DNA of 41,005 nt from Candidatus Omnitrophota bacterium (GTDB taxonomy: Bacteria > Omnitrophota > Gorgyraeia > Gygaellales > Profunditerraquicolaceae): NCBI GenBank assembly GCA_016212045.1, contig JACRHO010000114.1, positions 1 through 41,005 on the forward strand, given 5' to 3'. A program made the position numbers and the translations under genes. The notes under the pieces were generated by a model. The model saw only the letters and a list, made by a program, of their open reading frames with translations. It was not told the origin of the DNA and ran no database searches. Shown here piece by piece: positions 28,280 through 35,886 of this stretch. Each line of letters starts with the position of its first letter. The stretch's first letter is position 1.

Positions 28280-28959
28280 TCTATTCTGCATCTTGCTATA
28301 GCTAATAACGAATGTATACCGGCTGTCCAATGCAGTTTTTTGCCTTCTTTTTTATTTCTGGGTGCATAACTAATCGGCACCTCCAATATCTTTATGTCTT
28401 TTTTAAGGATGCGCGCGGTGAATTCAGCATCAAAGTCAAAGCCATTACACATAAATTCCATATTTTTTATTACATTGGTCCTGAAAACTTTATAACAGGT
28501 CTCTATATCTGTAAGCTGAGTCCTAAATAAAAAATTCGCTGTATGAGTCAAGAATCTATTCCCTAGATAATTTATGAGGCTAGCCTTTCCTTTCCCCCAA
28601 AAAAACCGAGAACCATAAACTACGTCGCTTCTTTCTTCTAAAATCGGCCTTAATAATAGCGGATAATCAAAAGGGTCTACCTCTAAGTCGGCATCCTGGA
28701 TTATTATGATATCGCCTGTGGCCTGAGCAAAACCCAGCCTTAAGGCATAGCCCTTGCCCTTTCTTTTTGTTTCAAAAATTAGCTTCGTGTTTTCGTCTTC
28801 CATACTGCTTAAGATATCCCTTGTTCCGTCAGTTGAACACCCATCTATAATGATTATTTCTTTTTGCAGGGGTAAATTTACCTGGCGAATTTTTTCCAAA
28901 ACCCGCAATAAATTATCTTTCTCATTATAAACCGCTATAACTATAGAGAGTTTATACAT
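28276..28959 (-). CDS. GT2 glycosyltransferase, polyprenyl-phosphate sugar synthase type (DPM1-like)
   Basis: Motifs: LSIVIAVYNEKDNL, IIIDGCSTDGT, IIQDADLE, VVYGSRF. Confidence 0.8.
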   Translation of the reverse strand: MYKLSIVIAVYNEKDNLLRVLEKIRQVNLPLQKEIIIIDGCSTDGTRDILSSMEDENTKLIFETKRKGKGYALRLGFAQATGDIIIIQDADLEVDPFDYPLLLRPILEERSDVVYGSRFFWGKGKASLINYLGNRFLTHTANFLFRTQLTDIETCYKVFRTNVIKNMEFMCNGFDFDAEFTARILKKDIKILEVPISYAPRNKKEGKKLHWTAGIHSLLAIARCRIE

Positions 28960-28960
28960 C

Positions 28961-30172
28961 TTAGTTATTTTTTAATAAAAAAACTTTTATGAGATTAAGC
29001 ACATAATCTAACTCTTTCTGACCCATTTCCTGATGGATGCCGATATGTAAGCCGTTATCACCTATATATTCCGCATTAGGAAAGTCGCCGAGTTTGTAAC
29101 CCAGATATTTAAAGCCAGGGCACTGTGTAGGCATGGATAAAAATAGACTTCGGCTATCAATGCCGTGCTTTTCCAGAAAATATACAAATTTATCCCTGGT
29201 AAATTTAGCTTCTTTCCCAAGAATTATCGCAAAGGCATGGGGACCGATTTGTTCATTCGGTTCTTCTCTAATGGTATAAAGATAGGGTTGAAATTCTCTG
29301 AATTTTTCCATTAAATAAGTAAGATTTTTACGCCGTTTCTTTAATATGGCAGGGTAGATATCCAAATTGCCTAAGCCAACAGCAGCCTCCAGCTCATTCA
29401 TTTTGCTGGAAAAGCCGATGCGCTCAAAGATAAATCTAATATCCCGGTTATCGCCATATTTAAATCTTTTAGCGCAATAGCTAGAAGCAGTATTTAATAC
29501 ACACGTATTGCATTTGCAGGCCCGGCCATGCGCCCTTAAAGACCTAAGAATTTCTGCAAAATCTGACCTATCTGTAACAACTATGCCTCCCTCTCCTGTT
29601 GTAATCATATGCGCCACATATAAACTAAATGCCGCCATATCCGCTAATCTACCTACGGCTTTACCTTTATATATTGCACCGTATGCTTCTGCTGCATCTT
29701 CAATTACAAAGAGCTTATATTTTTTTGCAATCCTATTTATCGTATCCATATCAGCGGGTTTGCCCATAAGATGCACAGGCATTATAGCCCGCGTTTTTTG
29801 AGTAATTACCTCTTCTATCCTTGAAGCATCTATATTCAGTGTCTGCCTTTCAACGTCTACAAAAACCGGCCTAAATCCTGCCTGCAAAACCGCATTGCCT
29901 GTGGCTACAAAAGACAAAGCCGGGATAATAATCTCATCTTGCCTCTTGGCGCCGAAATCATAAAGCACAGCCAAGGCCAAAGCATCTGCATCCGTACCAG
30001 AACTTAAAGCCACTGCCTCTGTTGTACCAATAAGGCGGGCAAATTTCTCCTCAAATTCCCTGACATACTTACCTGCTGAAATACGATTCTTCGCCAAGGC
30101 CTGAAGAATAAGCCTTTCTGCTTTTTTAGTAACCGACACTGTCCCAAAATTTATTCTAATTTTATTTTTCAT
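28961..30172 (-). CDS. DegT-fold PLP/PMP-dependent nucleotide-sugar 3-dehydratase (ColD / E1-RfbH-DdhC-like), His replacing the Schiff-base Lys
   Basis: The motif FSLYVAHMITTGEGG has His188 (codon cat at 29611..29609, checked on the DNA) where the three paralogs have Lys. SLRAHGR and the tail GLHIGIHQEM..ELDYV match my memory of ColD. The Cys cluster CKCNTC-x9-CAKRF at 29474..29518 resembles the Fe-S motif region of E1/RfbH. Confidence 0.7.
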   Translation of the reverse strand: MKNKIRINFGTVSVTKKAERLILQALAKNRISAGKYVREFEEKFARLIGTTEAVALSSGTDADALALAVLYDFGAKRQDEIIIPALSFVATGNAVLQAGFRPVFVDVERQTLNIDASRIEEVITQKTRAIMPVHLMGKPADMDTINRIAKKYKLFVIEDAAEAYGAIYKGKAVGRLADMAAFSLYVAHMITTGEGGIVVTDRSDFAEILRSLRAHGRACKCNTCVLNTASSYCAKRFKYGDNRDIRFIFERIGFSSKMNELEAAVGLGNLDIYPAILKKRRKNLTYLMEKFREFQPYLYTIREEPNEQIGPHAFAIILGKEAKFTRDKFVYFLEKHGIDSRSLFLSMPTQCPGFKYLGYKLGDFPNAEYIGDNGLHIGIHQEMGQKELDYVLNLIKVFLLKNN

Positions 30173-31710
30173 CTTATCATTTTATAATTGCGGTAGAAGA
30201 TTCTTTTTCTTAATATGCGCGCAATGTCAAGCTCAGGGGCAAAGGTATAGTGTTTATTCCTAAGTTTAAATCTCTCAAAGGCGCTGATCGGTTTAAAGAA
30301 TAATTTTAAAATAAAGCGCATAAAATTATTTTCTACTCCTTCTATGGCATTGTGCGCACTATTACCCAAAATACTCATATAGGTAATATTACCGATCTTT
30401 TTCCTATCAGAATTGTTAAACCAGGGCATCTTGCGCCCTTCTCTATCATAATCATCAAAAACCCAATTAATCCATTCAGGTAAACTCTGCGGCGCTCTTA
30501 ATCCCATCTTCACAGATAAGTCATAAAGCGGCGTTCCGGGAAAAGCAGTATATCCTCCTATCACTTCAAATTGTGCCTGCGGATTATCTTTTTTGAGCTT
30601 GACAAAAAGATCTATGGTTTGGTGGATATCATCGAATGTCTCAGTAGGAAACCCAATCATTAAAGCGAATGCCGGAATTATACCCAGGCGCCTTGCCTTA
30701 AGGTTAGCCTTTAAGGTATCTTCCCTGTAAATTCCCTTCTGCATCAAATCCAGAATTCTATTTGACCCTGATTCTGCACCAAACTTTAAGGTGTTGGCTC
30801 CGCTTCTTTTTAGCATAATAATCTGTTCATCGCTAGAAAGGTTAAAAACGTCAACGCGGGTGCCTGAGGTATACCACTTTATTTTATATCTAGAATTTAC
30901 TATGCCTTCGCATATTTGATAGGTTCTATTACGGTCAATATAAAACTCGTCATCCCTTATCCAGATGCCATCAAGATTAAATCTTTTTACAGGCTCCAAT
31001 ATCCGCTCCTCCAAAGATTTCTTTACTGACATTGCCCGCCATTTTCGTTGCCGCAAGGTAGCGCTAGAGCAGAATCCGCATTGGAAAGGACACCCCCTGC
31101 TTGTCTGCCCAATATCTAAACTGCGCTTAATTTTCTTAATATAGAAATCTCTGTGGATATAACTTTCAACATCAATCAAATGCCAAGGAACAGGTAAAAG
31201 GGTTTCCACGTCAAGTAGTGGACGACTGGCGGTCAGTATAGTTTTTTCGGCTTCCTTAAAGGCTATCCCTTTCACATCGTTTAATCGCCTCATCCCTCGA
31301 AAGGCCTCAACTAATTCCATAAAGGTTATGTCTCCTTCGCCGATACAAACTACATCTACATATTCACTTTCTAAGGTTTGCTCAGGTACTGTAGAAGGAT
31401 GCGCACCTCCCCAGACAATCGGAATCTCGCCATTAGAGGCATTTCTTACTACCTTGGCTATCTCTAAGGCAAAATAAATTTGGGTTCCCGTCATACTTGA
31501 GATCCCTACGCAGATAGGTTTTCTCTGCAGATACTCCTGCAAATGCCTAAGCCAAAAAGGGTCTACCCTCTGATCGATTATCTTTACCTGATAACTCTTC
31601 TGTTCTAACGGCGCTGCCAAGGTTAAAACGGCATGAGGAGGAGCAACGGTTGCCCCGAAATCTATACCGGTCTTGGGATAAACCAATATAACATCTGCGT
31701 CTTGCCTCAT
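30169..31710 (-). CDS. B12-binding-domain radical SAM enzyme (class B type), copy 4
   Basis: VWGGAHPS...VCIGEGD. CPFQCGFC at 31069..31092, verified on the DNA. LKFGAESGS. Its stop forms an ATGA overlap with the dehydratase start. Confidence 0.85.
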   Translation of the reverse strand: MRQDADVILVYPKTGIDFGATVAPPHAVLTLAAPLEQKSYQVKIIDQRVDPFWLRHLQEYLQRKPICVGISSMTGTQIYFALEIAKVVRNASNGEIPIVWGGAHPSTVPEQTLESEYVDVVCIGEGDITFMELVEAFRGMRRLNDVKGIAFKEAEKTILTASRPLLDVETLLPVPWHLIDVESYIHRDFYIKKIKRSLDIGQTSRGCPFQCGFCSSATLRQRKWRAMSVKKSLEERILEPVKRFNLDGIWIRDDEFYIDRNRTYQICEGIVNSRYKIKWYTSGTRVDVFNLSSDEQIIMLKRSGANTLKFGAESGSNRILDLMQKGIYREDTLKANLKARRLGIIPAFALMIGFPTETFDDIHQTIDLFVKLKKDNPQAQFEVIGGYTAFPGTPLYDLSVKMGLRAPQSLPEWINWVFDDYDREGRKMPWFNNSDRKKIGNITYMSILGNSAHNAIEGVENNFMRFILKLFFKPISAFERFKLRNKHYTFAPELDIARILRKRIFYRNYKMIR

Positions 31711-32387
31711 AATCCCACCGTCCCTTTAATAAATTCCTTTAGAATTATAAAAAGTTCGCATGTCCCATTCACCAATGGCCTCATCTTACGTTCCCCGCTA
31801 ATCCTCTTTGGCTCATCTCCCGGTATCTCGCCTACCTTGAGCTTTCTTTTAGTTGCACGTAGCAATAGCAACGTACCCCAGCTTGGGGTCGTAGTATATA
31901 TTCCCAACTCTTTGACTATTTTCTTTCTGAAGCCTCGATACATAACCAATAAATCTGTATATTTTGTCCTAAACAAAAGGTTGACTAAGGCAGTAAACAT
32001 CCAGTTGCCAAATGCAGTCAACCAATCATCGTCATAACTCTTGGCATCCCCTAGATAACGTGATACCGTAACTAAGTCAAAACCTTCGTTAATCTTACTA
32101 ACCAATTCCGGTATCTTCTCGGGTAGGCTATTCCCGTCTGGGCTAAAAGTAATCACTATATCCGCAGTCACTTTATCCATGACCTCGGTAAATGCAGTCC
32201 CTAGACCCGGCCCTTTTTGTCTAAAAATAGAATGCCCCTCTTTCTGGGCATACTCAAATGTGCCATCGGTTGATCCTCCGTCAACAATAATTAACTCATC
32301 ATACCACTCTCTTTTTATCTGAGGCATAATTGCTTTCATTCCTTCTACTTCATCCAAGGTAAAAATTACTAGAGCAACTCCCATCAC
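31707..32387 (-). CDS. GT2 glycosyltransferase (small, DPM1-like)
   Basis: Motifs: VALVIFTLDE, LIIVDGGSTDGT, TFSPDGNS, late EPKRISGERK. Confidence 0.7.
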   Translation of the reverse strand: MMGVALVIFTLDEVEGMKAIMPQIKREWYDELIIVDGGSTDGTFEYAQKEGHSIFRQKGPGLGTAFTEVMDKVTADIVITFSPDGNSLPEKIPELVSKINEGFDLVTVSRYLGDAKSYDDDWLTAFGNWMFTALVNLLFRTKYTDLLVMYRGFRKKIVKELGIYTTTPSWGTLLLLRATKRKLKVGEIPGDEPKRISGERKMRPLVNGTCELFIILKEFIKGTVGL

Positions 32388-32395
32388 CTGTCCTC

Positions 32396-33133
32396 CTAGG
32401 GAAGATGTTTTTTTAAAAAACTATCTGTCAACTTATACCTCTCGGGCGTACCTATATCAATAAATGCCGCTCTCGTCGGATATCCATAAACTTTATTTTT
32501 CTTAACTAGGTAAGGAAAAAATTCTGTCTCCAGAGAAAATTTACGCTTTTTGGGTATTAAGCTCAGCATCTTACGGCTAAAAATATAAAATCCTGCACTG
32601 ATATAGCACTTACGCCTCGCCTTCTTTTTCTCTTCAAATGCAATTATTCTTCCGGATTGATTTAACTTTACCATTCCACAATCAGCATTCCTTTTTGACT
32701 CTTTAACCACAATTAAGATGTCTGGCCTCTTATAAGAATATGAATCCAGCATTGATTTCAAATTGACTTTAAGAAATGAATCACCGTTTAAAAGAATAAA
32801 ATCCTGACTTTTAATCAGGGATTCTGCATTCTTTAATGCCCCTGCTGTTCCTAGGGGACTATTCTCTTGTGAAAAGATAATTTCTAATCGGTCTGCTTTA
32901 AAATTATATCTTTTAATCAGATGCCCCTTGTAGCCGGTACATAGAATAAAACGCCTGAATCCGAACTTAGCTAAATAACTAATCAGGAGTTTTAAAAATG
33001 GCCCTCCTCTGACAGGCGCCATCGGTTTTGGGCGGTCGTTTATTACGGACCTTAAGCGCCTGCCTTCTCCGCCGCATAAAATGACGACGTCTATCTTGGT
33101 CGGCTTCAACATCTTAGAATTATTAGAAGCCAT
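32396..33133 (-). CDS. Sugar-1-phosphate nucleotidyltransferase (HddC-like guanylyltransferase / RfbF-like cytidylyltransferase)
   Basis: The N-terminal VVILCGGEGRRLRS....PKPMAPV..GPFL and CTGYKGHLIKRY are typical NTP_transferase signatures. The nucleotide specificity cannot be read from the sequence by eye. Confidence 0.8.
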   Translation of the reverse strand: MASNNSKMLKPTKIDVVILCGGEGRRLRSVINDRPKPMAPVRGGPFLKLLISYLAKFGFRRFILCTGYKGHLIKRYNFKADRLEIIFSQENSPLGTAGALKNAESLIKSQDFILLNGDSFLKVNLKSMLDSYSYKRPDILIVVKESKRNADCGMVKLNQSGRIIAFEEKKKARRKCYISAGFYIFSRKMLSLIPKKRKFSLETEFFPYLVKKNKVYGYPTRAAFIDIGTPERYKLTDSFLKKHLP

Positions 33134-34115
33134 CGGGATTATAAATGACTATCTGACTGCCGGTCTCTTCAAACTGAAAAGGAACCATTAAAAGTTTTTT
33201 TAACCTTTCTTTAATCCGGGGCTGATCTTCAGGCCTAGCGTGGATTAACATAAAACCGCCACCGCCAGCACCCAGGATCTTGCCCCCTAAGGCACCTGCC
33301 CCTAAGGCAACATCATAAATTTCATTGATATGGTTATTAGATACCATGACCGAAAAACTACGTTTTAATCTCCAGGCGTCGTGTAGAAGCTTGCCAAATT
33401 GACCGATATCGGTATCACTATCTAAAATTGATACGGCCTGATTTACCATGCTAGACATAGCGCTTAATTCCTTTTGCATCTTAGGGATTCGATTAATCTG
33501 TTCTTTAGCAATATCCGAGGCTATTCTGGAAAACCCGGTAAAGAAAAGCATCGAGTGCGCCTGTAGCTCACGTAATCTCTCCTTTGCTAAAATTACAGGC
33601 GTAACTTCAAAAGAATTATCGATATTAAAGTTTATCTTTCTAAAGCCACCAAAGGCAGCCGATATCTGATCCTGAGAGCCTACATTTTCCTTGATCATTT
33701 CCTGTTCGATATATATGGCTTCTTGTGCTAATCTTTGCTTGGTAACCATCTGGCCCCTTAACGCATACAATGCATGCAATAGACCTACTGTGAAAGCCGA
33801 ACTTGAGCCCAGGCCGGATCTCGCCGGTAAATCGCCATCGTGATGTATCTCCAGACCTTCCGAAATATTTAAAAATCTAAAAACCTCTCTAACTGCGGGA
33901 TGGATAATTTCGTTGACCTCATTGGCGTGTTCAGACTTAGAATATACAATCCTATGTTTGTATTCAAAGAACGGCGGTAAGCGCCTGCAACTGATATAAC
34001 AATATTTATCTATGGTTGTAGAAAGTACGACCCCTCCATTTTCTTTATACCAGCTGGGATAATCTGTACCTCCTCCGAAGAAGGAAATTCTAAACGGCGT
34101 TCTGCTCATTATCAT
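33123..34115 (-). CDS. GHMP-family sugar kinase (HddA-like D-glycero-D-manno-heptose 7-phosphate kinase / fucokinase-type)
   Basis: SRTPFRISFFGGGTDYPSWYKENGGVVLSTTIDKY matches the HddA-type N-terminus. GHMP motif PARSGLGSSSAF. GAGGGGF near the C-terminus. Strong AAGGAG Shine-Dalgarno sequence 6 nt upstream of the ATG. Confidence 0.8.
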   Translation of the reverse strand: MIMSRTPFRISFFGGGTDYPSWYKENGGVVLSTTIDKYCYISCRRLPPFFEYKHRIVYSKSEHANEVNEIIHPAVREVFRFLNISEGLEIHHDGDLPARSGLGSSSAFTVGLLHALYALRGQMVTKQRLAQEAIYIEQEMIKENVGSQDQISAAFGGFRKINFNIDNSFEVTPVILAKERLRELQAHSMLFFTGFSRIASDIAKEQINRIPKMQKELSAMSSMVNQAVSILDSDTDIGQFGKLLHDAWRLKRSFSVMVSNNHINEIYDVALGAGALGGKILGAGGGGFMLIHARPEDQPRIKERLKKLLMVPFQFEETGSQIVIYNPDGF

Positions 34116-34136
34116 CTTTGACTCCTTTGTAATTTA

Positions 34137-34931
34137 CTATCTAATCTCACCTAAATATCTCAGTAATATTCTCTCGGAACTAAGTTGGAATGTCGGGTAA
34201 ACAGCAGAAACCTTCTTGTTAGATATTTTACCTATATTATAGAGGTATCTGCCGAATTTTACTTTCTTTCCTAGAATTTTTACTGTTTCGCAAAGTAATA
34301 TATTTTTAGAAGAGGCGAGATTATATATCCCCATAAGATCTTTTTCTATGGACAACTTTATGAATTCTAATACATCCTCATACCTAATATAATTGAACAT
34401 GGAGCGGGAGTTAAGACCGACTGCCGGAAATTTATCTTTAATTATTCTGGAAAGCGTATTCTGTCTTGTATATCGGCCAAGCAGACTCGTTGGTCTTAAG
34501 ATCAAATAATTATTACAATATTTTTTTATAATTGCTTCAGAAATTATCTTGGTTATCGCATATATCCCACACAGGGAATCTATTTTTATAACTTCGTTTT
34601 CTAAATGAATTTTGCCATTTTTAGGATAGACATCTGCCGATGAAATAAATATAAATTTCTTGTGGGGTATCTCAACGAGCTTTTGGGTTAGGTATACATT
34701 ATCACTAAAATAGGAAAATAAATTATCTGAATTAATTTCTCTGTTCGTATTAAAGGCGCAATGGATTATTATACTCAGGCCACTGCGCCTGAATTTTTTA
34801 AAATAACGGTTGGAGGAACTACGCGATAACCCATAGCCTCCTATTTCTTCATGAATATATCTGCCTAATCCGCTTAAAACTCCGGTCGTCAGTATATTCT
34901 CGGCTGTCCTCGTACTAGCTAAATTAGTCAT
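34137..34931 (-). CDS. Short SDR-family NAD(P)-dependent sugar reductase/epimerase-like protein
   Basis: Degenerate Rossmann motif TTGVLSGLG. YAITK (YxxxK) follows FISSADVY. 264 aa. Confidence 0.5.
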   Translation of the reverse strand: MTNLASTRTAENILTTGVLSGLGRYIHEEIGGYGLSRSSSNRYFKKFRRSGLSIIIHCAFNTNREINSDNLFSYFSDNVYLTQKLVEIPHKKFIFISSADVYPKNGKIHLENEVIKIDSLCGIYAITKIISEAIIKKYCNNYLILRPTSLLGRYTRQNTLSRIIKDKFPAVGLNSRSMFNYIRYEDVLEFIKLSIEKDLMGIYNLASSKNILLCETVKILGKKVKFGRYLYNIGKISNKKVSAVYPTFQLSSERILLRYLGEIR

Positions 34932-35886
34932 GCTTTTTTATATTATCTATATACCACTGCATAGTCTTTCTTATTCCATCGTCCAGGGAAACTTTAGGGG
35001 CCCATCCAAAATCCATATTGGCCCTGCCGGTATCAAGACACACCTTCGTCGGTATATTTGGTTTAGACAAATCGTATTCTATCCTTATCGCTTTTCCAGA
35101 GTGGTCGATAATCTTTTGCACCAGTTCTTTTATAGATATGGGGCTTCCGTATCCTATATTATATAAACCGAATTGCTTCTTTTGTTTGTCTATGGCCATT
35201 TCAACAAAATTAACTAAATCGTCAATATAAAGCAGATCTCTTGCTTCTTCGCCTGCGCCCCAAACTATAATCTTGTCGCCGTTTTTAGCAGTCATCACTT
35301 TAGTTAAAGTAGCGGCAAAAACATGTGATTTCTCCAATTCGAATTTATCATAAGGGCCATAAATATTAGAATGCCTGATTACGGTATATTTGGTATTTCC
35401 TATTCTGGAATAGAACTCACACATCTTCTCAATATAAACCTTGGTCCAACCTACGCCGAAATAACTCGGAAAAATTTCTTGGTTAGCATCAAAGTCGGTT
35501 TCTTTTATAGGGGTATCGCTGGATTGATACATCACCGTACAACTAAAAAATATTACCTGCGAAACCTGATATTCATGCGCTGCCCTGAATATAAGAGAAT
35601 TCATTACGCTATTATCGGTAACATGATAGTATGGTTTATTAATAATATCCTTTGCTCCGGAAGTAGTTGCGGCTGCCTGAATGACGATATCCATCCCTTT
35701 TACTGCCCTGGCAACATCCTCTTTATCCGTGAGGTCTGTTTTTAGCATTTTAATTTTAGGATGTTCTAATGGCGGTGATTCAAGATGTGTCCCGTAAACA
35801 TCAAAATCATCCCTATCGGCAAAATACTCTGCCATATTCCTGCCGATAAATCCCGTAGCGCCGCATATCAAAAGTTTTCTTTTCAT
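34924..35886 (-). CDS. Extended SDR NAD-dependent epimerase/dehydratase family protein with a non-canonical active-site motif
   Basis: Motifs: CGATGFIGRN, FFSCTVMY, RHSNIYGPYD. The expected YxxxK position reads VGWTK (35440..35463 covers YFGVGWTK). Confidence 0.7.
   Translation of the reverse strand: MKRKLLICGATGFIGRNMAEYFADRDDFDVYGTHLESPPLEHPKIKMLKTDLTDKEDVARAVKGMDIVIQAAATTSGAKDIINKPYYHVTDNSVMNSLIFRAAHEYQVSQVIFFSCTVMYQSSDTPIKETDFDANQEIFPSYFGVGWTKVYIEKMCEFYSRIGNTKYTVIRHSNIYGPYDKFELEKSHVFAATLTKVMTAKNGDKIIVWGAGEEARDLLYIDDLVNFVEMAIDKQKKQFGLYNIGYGSPISIKELVQKIIDHSGKAIRIEYDLSKPNIPTKVCLDTGRANMDFGWAPKVSLDDGIRKTMQWYIDNIKKHD

Noticed and set aside
6815-31710. The idea that the four B12-type radical SAM enzymes mark a RiPP (polytheonamide-like peptide C-methylation) cluster.
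   Set aside because: No plausible precursor-peptide ORF, protease, or RiPP recognition or transport gene is present. The intergenic gaps are too small to hide one. Every neighbour is a sugar-pathway enzyme or glycosyltransferase.
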